The notes under the pieces were generated by a model. It was not told where the DNA came from. It was given only the letters and a program-made list of their open reading frames with translations, and did no database searches. Positions 52,786-64,000 of a stretch of 64,000 bases of DNA are shown here, one piece after another; within the stretch, counting starts at the first letter, position 1, and each line of letters starts with the position of its first letter. The position numbers and the translations under genes are program-made. Source of the DNA: Octopus sinensis (taxonomy: Eukaryota); assembly GCF_006345805.1 (NCBI RefSeq), contig NC_043012.1, positions 19,344,001 through 19,408,000 of the forward strand, in the 5' to 3' direction.

Positions 52786-54379
52786 TACGTGTTCGAGGAA
52801 AAAGCAGGATTTGTTCCGAATTGAAAGACATTAATTGCAGTAATCTACATGAAAAAGATTCTTGTATAGAAGTAAAGTGAAAAATAGCAGAGATTATATT
52901 TGGAGATAAATTTCTTCAGCACCGTGTTTGGGTAGCGATTTTCTTCACTACTTCAGGGAGTGACGACCCTGACTGACAAAAATCCCGGCCCCCTCTGGCT
53001 CCGGCTGACAGTACCCGGTCTGGGCGCCTATCAAGGGTTACGGAAAGGAGATAAGCTTCAAAGAAATCCGGAGTGGAGACCCGTAGGCGGTTTAGTGTTC
53101 GACTCGGCACTCTTTCTGCAGCTTTTGCAACCAAGCTTGTGCCAAACGTAATGCTCTGCACTACTTTGCACTACGTCAGCAAGGTCGAGAGAGGAATCCT
53201 GACCATTGGGCTACCTTGGATTTTCTTACATAGGCCTGCGTAAAACTGAAGAGAACACTTCAGGTATTTTATGCGCAACTCCATTGTCTCCCGAATCAAA
53301 AGGATGCCAATAACCAATCACGTCATTTGTTTGCGACATCTTTTGGACGCTTACATAATATGAATCTATATTGGTTTGATGAGATTTTGGTCTTTCATAG
53401 TAGCGTTTGCTGAGTGGCAGGTATGAGAAGTGAAATATATTTATTTATCCATTTTGCCACGTTTATCATGCAATAATAATATCGCTATTGAAGGCGCTAC
53501 GTGTGCACGAGTGCATTCATATATATGCCGAGCAAGATACAAAAGAATTTTGTATTAACAAATTAATGTAAAGAGAGCTAGGCCTTTAGTTCATCGAAAA
53601 CTTATTGTGGCATAAATAGGTCCCCGCATATATATATATATAAATGCATACATACACGTATACATACAGGCAGACTCACACATACACGCACATACACTCA
53701 CACATACACACACATGTACATAGAGACATCCACACGCGCGCACACACATGTACATATATTTCAGTGATAAATGTGGCGAACGCATAATAAATATGTCCAT
53801 ATTTTCGGAATGTTTCCTGTACCTACAATCTTTTGTGCTATGTTGCACATCTTGCGAATTCAATTTGAAATTTTTAATGTTGTTTTGACTAAATACAAGA
53901 CACACAATTTAACCTAATATTGTTTCTTTCATATAGTGTATATTTTTATCCCTCCAGTCAATATGATAATTATTGAAGACATTGCTAGTACCAAACATAG
54001 CGATTCTGGCAATATTTCAATTCAATAACTAAAATCTATTACTTACTAGAGAATTTCACTTGCTCATAACTGTAACTTTGTTTCGCACATTTAGTGTTAA
54101 ATTTTAAAGCTTCGTAATCAATATAGTCAACTGCAATTCAGAGATAAGTAATTTCCTTTCCACATAGCTGCTTATTCTACTTTGAATCGTTCTTGAATTG
54201 GAACTAGTATCTTTCTTAGTTATATTTTAATCATTTAAATAGATTTCATAAAATTGAGTGAAAATGTATGAGTTTTGTCAGATATAATATTATTTAATAT
54301 TTGGTAATTGAAGCAATTGTAGCATTGTCAACTTGTGTGTGTGTTTTGAGAGAGAGGGAGAAATGCACACATGAATAGT

Positions 54380-54590
54380 TAGATAGATAGATATATAGAT
54401 AGAGAGATAGATAGATAGATATAGATAGATAGACATAGATAAACAGATAGATAGATAGATAAATAGACATAGATACATAAATGGATAAATAGATAGATAG
54501 ATAGATAGATAGACAAACAGACAGATAGATAGATATATACATAGAGAGATAGATAGATTGATAGATAGATAGATAAATAGATAGATAGAT

Positions 54591-54665
<75 letters not shown>

Positions 54666-54690
54666 CAGACATAGATGCATAAATAGATAG
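54380..54690. repeat. (GATA)n degenerate tetranucleotide array
   Basis: Direct reading. Confidence 0.97.
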
Positions 54691-55579
54691 ATATTTCAGA
54701 GGAGAATGAAAATATACACACTCATATTGCAGTTACTCATTCGCACTCCCAGATGCATTGCAATCACACTACAGTTGTGTATCTGTGCATGTGAAGGAAT
54801 GATAAAGCAGACCAAATTACATACATGTTGGTGTACATAGTTTTGTTTTTACATTTTTTACAAGATATATATCATTGAGAAAACAAATGAGTTTTACAAT
54901 CTACAATCCATTTTTTGTTTGTTTAAACATTGTATCTTTCGGTCAGAGATATATCATCAACGAATACATAATCTATGATGTGTTCTTTCTTAGGCGATAT
55001 TTGTAGAAGATTCAACCGCTAATCATGGAAGGTCGACAATTTATAATTTTCACTCGGAAAACCAAATGGCTTTGAAAAAAAAGCATCTTATATGCATTTG
55101 TAGTTATATACCTATCTATGACGCATTATAAATACAATCTTTTAGGTGGTGAGTGATAGATAAATAATTTTTTTGTGTGATCCCTAGGGGTTTTTATGAA
55201 AGATATTTCATTTGAAAATTTCAGGTCAAGCACCTGGGGGTTGTTTCAATTGATATCATGATGCACTAACACACTTTTCTTCTCCCTTCATCCCTAAAAT
55301 TACAACTTAGCAGACTTGGAAAATTCTCGCTTTTTTCTATAACAGGACAAAGTTCAAACAAAGCATCTCTCATAATACTTTCGAAACAGGCAAGCTGCAC
55401 ATCGTATTTCTCTTGAAAATACCAGTCTCTCACACTTTGTATTTTTCTGCCAACCATGTTATACTCTATATTCAAAGTTTACTCAGGTAAATTATGTCGG
55501 TCCCTATGCAATTTATGCAATAAAATTCCACACGCACACCTAGACACCACACCGTCCCACACGAAAAAATACTAACACA

Positions 55580-55868
55580 TGGTTCAGTGGTTAGGCATCG
55601 GAATCATAATAATGAGGTAGTGAGTTCTTGAGCAAGACTCGTTATTTCATGTTGCTCCACTTCACAGTTTTAGAAGTGAGTTACAACCTCGATAGTGCCA
55701 AGCTGTGGCAAAATTTGGCTTAATCATGGATAACATTGTTATGCATGGGTGATTGTTAGTCTTCCATAATCAACCTTCCCGGAACATTTGCCTCGGAGGG
55801 AAACTATCTAGGTGCAATGCCATGGTCGTTCATGATAGAAGACGGTATGCCCCCCCCCCTTTATTTAC
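55580..55868 (+). mobile_element. tRNA-derived SINE, family C (my label), degenerate
   Basis: A-box-like TGGTTCAGTGGTTAGG, then TTCTTGAGCAAGAC...TTTCATGTTGCTCCA, ending in a C-run/TTTA. Family status is partly from recall; single copy in the window. Confidence 0.6.
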
Positions 55869-56531
55869 TCTTCCGTTGGCTCGAATCCTCAAACCCAGCT
55901 CCAAGTACATCCACTTCTCTAACACCCTCACCTTAAATACAACGGTAAACATTTCATTGCTAAATATCTTCTTGCGTCAGTGATATATATCTCAACCTAC
56001 ATCTCACTAAGAGCATTGCTTCTAGTTTCATTAATGTTTAAAGCTCAAAACTCCTCTCTTTATCCACTAATTAGGCCAATTTCAGGTTTGTCGAAGCAGG
56101 CATCAAATGCTTTTGTGGATTCTGTACACTCGACATCAGACAGTTTCATTTCCTTAGCGCTTCCTTAACCGGCATAAAATTACGTCAACACTTTTCCAAC
56201 CCGACCTCTAGCTAATATGGCACTTCAAGACATGAGTACTCGCATGTACGGCAGTTGTAAGACCACAACACCTGCTAGTACGTGTTCTTCACTTCTCTCG
56301 CTAAGCAAAGTGTAGGGATTCCTCTTCCGAGCATCAATATCATTTAGTTACTTCAGGCAAATGACATGGCTTACCAACCCTGGTGATGGCCAACGACAAT
56401 TTTGTTGGATTGTTCTAATCTCCAAAGTTGTGCAGGAACTTAAGATATAGAATGTAATCCATATTTGTTAACTTTGGATATTTTATAAAAATTGTAATTC
56501 AAATATTTTAAGTATAATACTCCAATTCTTG

Positions 56532-56615
56532 TACGCAATGCTTCTGTGGAGAAATCCACCACAGTTGCTGCTTAAACAGCATTCAACTGTGATGGATTCA
56601 AACAAGCATTGCATA
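56532..56615. other. Compact ~85-nt stem-loop (pre-miRNA-like size)
   Basis: GCAATGCTT 56535-56543/AAGCATTGC 56604-56612; AATCCACCACAGTTG 56553-56567/CAACTGTGATGGATT 56584-56598 (14/15). Confidence 0.75.
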
Positions 56616-57274
56616 ACTACATTCAAAAAGTTTTCCTTTTCATTTGAGACAGTTCGCTCTGTTTTCACATATGCGCTAAACTCAATATCATCCCTCTGTG
56701 CCTTCAAGAAACAAAGCATCATATTCTGGCCATGCCACTTCCATTAATTTCATCAACTTCCCACGGAACATTTACCCGTACATCTACCATTAAAAGTTGG
56801 CTCTAGTTTCTCTTAAAAAGGGTATACTTTGATATTTCAAAATCCACAAAAGTGTAACCTTTTCTTTAGAATGATAATACAGTTGGCAACTATCTTAATC
56901 TTGAAATGTTAGCCGGAAGAGAGATGGCAGAGAGCAAATGGTACGTTTAAGGAATGTAACATTTCCGGGAGGCAAGTTAAAAGTTATTTCTGGAGAGTAG
57001 ACTGGGTCTGAATTGTGGAATCTATTTAGGTCAGCCCTAAGAGAGAAGGACTTGCTAAAATGGGTGATATATAACTTCCGATATCTTAAAGTGCAGAGAG
57101 CCAATATAAGCAGCTGTGTTATATTTAGTTTAATTAGATTTTTAATCATCAATGCTACCGCTTCCATAAGATAAACACTACTGTGTATTACTTAAAGCAG
57201 CACAGCCCGCCCGTTAGTCATTACTTCACGTGACTTAAAACTATAACTCTTGGGACACATTAGGGCTCAGAGAC

Positions 57275-57345
57275 AGACGTCGATCCCAGTGCTCAACTGG
57301 CACTAATTTTATCTACCCTGAAAGTCAAAATCGAATTCGTCACCA
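57275..57345 (-). mobile_element. SINE family A core fragment
   Basis: GTCGATCCCAGTGCTCAACTGGCACTAATTTTATCTACCCTGAAAG. Confidence 0.7.
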
Positions 57346-58368
57346 TGTTGCGTAATTTTTAACATTGTACAAAGCTCCAGGATGAATAATATTTGTACAA
57401 TGCTGTACCTACACTTGCATACATTCAAGTCAGTATGCAAAGAAAAGTACTCAATAAATTGAAATCAGGAACACTTGATACAAACGGAACATCTGTACCA
57501 TAGCCATGTATTTTTCGGTTAATTATTCTATCGTCAAAACTCGCCTTTGCAGGTCAGACATAATTGAATTCAAGACCCAAAAGGAACATTCTTCCCAATT
57601 AATCTGTAATTAAAAATGCAAATAAAGCACACACACACACATAAACACACATCCCACACACACACATACAACATACACACACACAAATACACACAAATAA
57701 ACAAACGCACAAGCAAATATAGCAATGCGTATCAATATGATTCTCAATTAGCAATACAATATTTTATATAAAAAGACATTCATGATTGTTCATCATATTA
57801 TTTTCGAAGTACTGTATTATGAGTGTCTGGCTAAATTAAGCCCAAAAGATTTAATAGTGTCTAGTTTTTATTAGCCAAATACTTTTATTAACGTTTAGAG
57901 AGTTTGGCTAAATTGATATACTAATGTATTGCTAATACTACATATTATGTTTCATTGACAAAATTTGCAAAGATTTATGATATTGCTCAATGTAGTACAC
58001 TAAATTTTATATGAATCGTTATGTATAATATGTTTTAAGAATGGTTGTATATTAAATAAACGGGAATTTAATAAGAATGCTTTTAACGAGAATTTCTTTG
58101 CAATTGAATTGAAATTAATTTACTATAAATTTTGCGATGTATTATATCTGATATGATTTTCTGTTGTTATTTCAAAATATATGCGTATTATTCATATCAG
58201 ATAATTATGTAAGAGAGGAATGATACGATTTCCATCAGTATTTAAATATTTAAGTAGAGTTTAATACACATTTAGGAAATTCTCAAGTTTATCCCGAGGT
58301 CTTTTTGATATTGCTAATTCGTCTACACAAGTGCATTGATCATACCAAAAGCATAAGCAACAAAGAGG

Positions 58369-58405
<37 letters not shown>

Positions 58406-58679
58406 AACGCACATACACATATATGTGTGTGTGTCTATAATAGCATATATCCTTATTTAAAGTTTAATCAAGTAAAATCAAATTTGGCTAAAATCTAAAT
58501 AATAAGCGGAAACAGAAATGTAAAAAGAAATAAATTGTCTTATTCACAGTTTCCCTGTTCGACAAATAGATTGTATATAGGATAATAAATCTCTTCAAAT
58601 GAAAAATGAAAATAAAGATGTAGATATTTGAAACTCTAACTTTAAACGTGAATTATATCAGTTCATGTAAAAATTAGTT

Positions 58680-58719
58680 TAATTTTATACACACACACAC
58701 ACACACACATACACACACA

Positions 58720-58759
<40 letters not shown>

Positions 58760-58988
58760 ACACACACACACATATATATATATATATAAATTTGTTTCTA
58801 AATAACTCTATCGATTTAAATTTATTTAATTTTGATTCTGAACCAGACACGCTACCAATAAAAATATTGCTCGAGTCATATCCACATTACCATAAATCTT
58901 AGTCTATGTGTGAATGTGTTTAATTTATACATAGAGGTATATACATATATATATATACATATAGCTATATATATAACTTTATATATAT

Positions 58989-59063
<75 letters not shown>

Positions 59064-59140
59064 TACATGTATATATACGTACGTATGTACATATATACAT
59101 AAATACATACATAAATACAGACATATACATTTGCATATAC
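58680..59140. repeat. (CA)n and (TA)n microsatellite cluster
   Basis: Direct reading. Confidence 0.9.
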
Positions 59141-59652
59141 ATATAAACTTAAATGTAATGGGAATCGTCTGTATTAAGTAGCTCTTAAATAAAATGATTC
59201 AGTTTTAATAACTATTAGATACACAGCGTTCAAATATTTTTTTGTAAATTGCATTTAAAAGAAAATTATATTCCTAGTTAAAGAACTAAATAGATTCAAT
59301 TATTGAAACACTCATGCAATGTCATATTTTTTAAACGAAAATATAGTTATCTATCTATCTATCTATCTATCTATCAATATATATATATATTTTTAAAACG
59401 GAATGAGTACAACTACACGCACACAAACACACAACTGCCAGTATCTATTTGATATTCTTTTCCCAGACAAGAATGAATGTGAAAATACACATTTACACAC
59501 ACAAACTCACATATACACATAGGGATATTATTATATATGGGTGTACACTGTATACATGTATGTTGGAGCATATATAATATACATATATTATATATGAGAG
59601 AGATAGACACATATAAACACAAACACAAATATATATATATATAATCTATATA

Positions 59653-59748
<96 letters not shown>

Positions 59749-61256
59749 GCATACAAACATATAAGTCTGTGTATATGTATATATATATGTGTGTGTGTGT
59801 GTGTTTGTGTCATATGTGTGTCTGTGCGTATATATCAAAGTCAAGCTCTCGAATTTTTAATTGAAAAGATAGATTCTGGTATGGTTTTCGGTTCTGTGCA
59901 TTCTTATTTCAAATTCTCGCGGATCCCCAACCAATATTTTATTATATAGGCTATAATACTATAATGCAGATAATCTTGATAGAATCTGAATTACACTGCC
60001 AATACTCAATTTGATTCCTCTTAGCACAACCGTGATAGGTTACTGTAAGAACCCGTAATATTTTGTAAATTCAAGTAAAGTTACACCGTTTCGATATTTC
60101 TGTATCTATGTTTTAGTTTTAAGCATGATGATTGTGAACCTATCTTGTCAGCATTGCTTCAAATTCACATTGTTCTGTTGTAGTGTGACAAACATGAGTG
60201 CCTTTCCCAGGAGGCGTTTCAGTATTATTTAAGTGAACTTTAATATGGTGTTCCATTCTGCTTTGTGGTACACATTCGTTTGCGGGATCCCTGAAATTAC
60301 AGACGCTGTGCGTAGAACATATTTAATACATTCGCTTTGTTAACGTATTATCTATTGACTTTTGAGAACAGAAAAATCATCACGCAAATTAATATCAAGC
60401 CCCTTACAGTCATGTCTTTAGTGTTTTCTTTTTTTTTTTGGTTCGATACAATTTTCCTCGGCTGTTCCTGTTATACACTGCTTCCTTCCAGTTTACTGTG
60501 ACGTTTACCCATCCATTTCCAATGATTTTGAAGCTCTCAAGGATTTATTTAACAATGTCCTTATTTATTAATTTCAGCTTAAGATTTTACCTTTATTTGG
60601 CAGAGAGATAGTATCTGGGCATCCGATCATCATCTTACCTGAGCACATAACAATGCCATCGTAATCGCTGCTGATGTATGACGCACTGACTCTATGTTAG
60701 TGGACTGAATGTGTTTGCATGTTTCAACGCCGCCTACCTACATTTGTCTTCCGATATACATCATAAAGTGGATAATGATATACATTATAAAGTGGTTAAA
60801 GCCGTTCCATCTATTCATATGTCTCCGGTAAGTAACGCAGGTCTTAAATATAAATAGAATCAAAAATAAAATGCAAATATCGTTGCACTGCAACATAATG
60901 TCAATTCAAATTCCACGACGAGACCATTAAATGTCTATCCAATTTTCTAAATGCGTGACTGGTTTTATCGATTTCATCATCAAAACTATTTGTCATATTC
61001 ATAGTAATGCTTAAATACACAATTTATCAACAATCTAGAATTTTCATTTATACACATGCACGTTTATCTCAGAGAATGCCCTGCTTAGTGCTGACTGTTA
61101 CATTACGACTGCTTTTTAAGGATTATTAGACCCAAAGCATTACATTCACTTGGGAAAGGAAAACTAAATCAATCATAAACAAATGCATAGAGAGTGAGTC
61201 CATGTATTAGTTTTCACAACAACTTTCTTCTAACAACTTACCTATTGTATCTCATG

Positions 61257-61338
61257 TAGATTCCATTGAAGCAACTCTCAGATGCATCGAATAGATTCTA
61301 TGGTAGATTCAATGGAAGCAACTCTAAGATGCACCGAA
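61257..61338. repeat. Two-copy 47-bp minisatellite
   Basis: TAGATTC.AT.GAAGCAACTCT.AGATGCA.CGAA at 61257 and 61304. Confidence 0.85.
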
Positions 61339-61529
61339 GTACATAATAAAGTACAGCAGAAACAGATTTAACGTTGCTGTATTCCATTGCTTAGCATCAT
61401 TTGCCAAAAAATTGGATCAGATACAGGGAGGTTTACCCATCCATTTCCAAGGAGTTTGAAGCTCTTAAGGGGGGGGGGTAAACACAGAGAGGACAAACAA
61501 GTTTTCATTCCGACAAAAATATGCTGAAG

Positions 61530-62790
61530 CATAAAGACAATCTAGTCACGACGCCCAATCTTCTTCAATCTGTCCTATAAAGCATAACCATACTAAGTAT
61601 CAGAGGTAATAAGCGGATCAACCATGAATTGATACAGGTGCATATTTTACTCAATATTGTGCACTTGCCTAAGTTTCGTATCTATTGTACTCCTGCCATT
61701 TCTGAGAAACACCATATCTGGGATGTTATCTGAGAGGGCTATTCAGAATCATCCTACAATATATCTTGCCTATAACAGAGAGGAACATTTTCTTACCCCG
61801 TAATTCATATAGCTATTGTTCTTAGGTTTCTCATCATAGACAACCACATTCACTTCATATATCTACTTTTCCAATCATTTGATACACCCTGATCAATTCA
61901 AACGCTTTTGGATTAAGTTAGTTACACAGTATAAGCAAGTTTGCATTCCCAACTTTCAAGACCTAAGCAGAGAATCCACCTGTAACAAACTTCACTAGAC
62001 TTTCAGAGGAACAAGACGATCATTATTCCTATATACATCACTCTACGTAAACACTATACTGTATTCAATACGAATGTCATGCCTACGAACGAGGACAAAA
62101 TCAATCATATGCCTGAGAATCTTGATTTGAGGCATCCAAGAAATGTTTGTATCTTTCTTCCGTGACATGGTGTTTTTCAATTTATTTCTTGGTTTTAGTA
62201 AGGCTTGTCAGATCTAGCCACGGGGATACCGAATATGACGAGTTTCACAACACAAGGATTCTCATGGACTAGGCCGTTTTTAATTAAACATAAAAGGCTA
62301 TTTTTTTATCTTCAGAGGACTGCACAGTTGTCGCGTAGATATTCACACGGGTAACGAATCTATTATTTGGCAAATGGCTTTCTTATTCAGTGGAACAGAA
62401 AATCATCACAGATGTTCTTCCAGCTAAACCTATGTAATTATTGACAGCAAACACGACAGCAAACTTGATATTGCATACCTCTACTGTCGTACATTAATAG
62501 AATGTATTGCTACTAGAGTGTAGATTGTTCAGTGAAGTGACTCTTTTCAAAACGTCACGTTACAGATAAGGACCTCACATTTATGGTATAGTACAGCAGC
62601 TCCTTCTGTAAGCGGTGATTTTCTTTTTCGTAAATGAGTCATGATTTGATTAGACGTGAACATTCCAGCAAGTAATATTCAAAGGTCTGAACATGCTCGG
62701 AGCTCCAAGATGATAGGATGGTGCAGGCTAAGTTATTCTGGGTACGTACCGAATTATACTGTTTTACTATACCTTTCAGTGTCACGCTTG
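61530..62790 (-). mobile_element. Highly decayed CR1/L2-type LINE RT domain
   Basis: Minus-strand motifs in the correct order across frames: FGTYP, FRPLNITC (YRPISLT), QIMTHL, RRSCCT (RSC.T), MPQIKIL...F (VPQGSILG), DQGV-SND (DLGV), SQITS (SQ.WSP), DRLKK. Confidence 0.65.
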
Positions 62791-63154
62791 CTATCAGGCT
62801 CTAAAGTAGTATATTTCTTTCAATATTCTGCCTTCTTTAGCTGTAGCCTGCAATAATATCCGATATAAAGAGAAATGTTAAATATCAAGCGCTAATGGTG
62901 GTTCAGGTATTTTTTTTTATGAGACAAGAACATCGTGCAGTGTGCGATGAAACTCTACGAACAACGTAATTCCTCTGCTTTGAATAGATGTAACCTGCAT
63001 CTTCGGATGTAAGTGTCATCGTAAGTATTAATTTGGAGTATTTTTTCTAACAGAGATGCTTAAACAAAGCCAAAGTATCTCCCATTGACAGCAAGCTCTG
63101 ATACATTATTTCTCTCCCTCTCTCTTTTATACTATCTAAATATCCAGCTATCTA

Positions 63155-63260
63155 TTTATCGGAGTCAAGAGTAGAAAACACGAAGTTGCCACGTAGAAGG
63201 ACTGAACCCGGACAATGTGGTCAGTAAGCAAGCTACTTATCAGAGCCACTCCGGTGCCTA
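63155..63260 (-). mobile_element. SINE family B 5' fragment
   Basis: Minus strand GGCACCGGAGTGGCTCTGATAAGTAGCTTGCTTACTGACCACATTGTCCGGGTTCAGTCC matches the head of 37997-38412. Confidence 0.85.
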
Positions 63261-63265
63261 TTTAA

Positions 63266-63318
<53 letters not shown>

Positions 63319-64000
63319 CATCTCAGTGTTCAATGAAAACTAAATACTTTAGCTTTGCATTGATGTATATTAATATTTAAAGTATTTATGAATCAGGAAA
63401 AAGAAGGTAATGGACAAATTGCCGTATAGACATCAGTATATTCAAAGATATTCAAATAAATATGTGAAATACCTATCCCTACAGCCGTATCCATATTGAA
63501 ACTGGGTTGTTGAATATACCATAGTGGAGAATTTCTAGAAAGGAGCTGCATTCCAACGTGTTGGTCGAGCCTTGACAAAGATGCGTGCCTTTTGGTAATG
63601 TTTGTATTTAAAAAAATCCTTTATGAGAATATTTATATATACTCACAAACAAATATATATGACATAGTTGTGCACTTGCCTCTGTTATACATAATAGTTG
63701 CTATCGGTGGTATTGTTGCAGTTAGGGCGAACTAGGTGTTTATATATATATATATATAGGCATATAGACACTTTGAAGAAGATAAAATGATAGAGATACT
63801 TTGAGATACAGTGGAACAGAGAGAGCGGTAATTGCGTGTGCATTTGTTAAAATACGGAAACCAAGAAAAATATGACGGATCAAAAACTGCTAACCATTGA
63901 TATTACAATATTACCTCATCCATATTTGTGTGCAATACTTGCAGTCATTGCAAATATGTAAACAAAGGAAGACTTACAAGTTACCAAATGCAATTCATAT

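Noticed and set aside
56060-56150. Minus-strand DVECTESTKAFD as a LINE RT motif
   Set aside because: An isolated KAFD match with no supporting motifs in register.
61257-61338. Repeat-spacer-repeat pattern as CRISPR-like
   Set aside because: Only two units, the 12-nt spacer is itself repeat-derived, the context is eukaryotic and no cas genes are present.

Overview
This is AT-rich, microsatellite-dense eukaryotic non-coding DNA, most likely from an Octopus or other coleoid cephalopod. That assignment is an inference from the SINE families, LINE types and (TA)n/(TG)n/(GATA)n load. I find no credible host protein-coding exon, tRNA, rRNA or CRISPR array; almost all listed ORFs are microsatellite translations or transposon debris, so the window is intergenic or a large intron. 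It contains about 20 copies or fragments of three tRNA-derived SINE families, two decayed CR1/L2-type LINEs, an RTE 3' end, a mariner 3' end, and many Penelope-like element (PLE) relics. Two things stand out. (1) Hammerhead ribozyme (HHR) motifs sit in these relics or in similar microsatellite-flanked repeats: two with intact cores (26720-26794 +, 18521-18565 -), a candidate G3:C8 covariant core (22909-22959 -), a U6 variant (27804-27839 -) and several decayed copies. (2) A series of long degenerate fold-back palindromes (2.05-2.75, 3.13-3.46, 5.6-6.0, 6.1-7.1, 20.1-20.3, 27.2-27.6, 32.1-32.3, 33.5-33.8, 51.9-52.2 kb) occupies apparently unique DNA. One (27.2-27.6 kb) is a head-to-head pair of HHR-bearing repeats, which suggests an origin for the others. 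All alignments were done by eye, and the weaker fold-backs need a statistical test.
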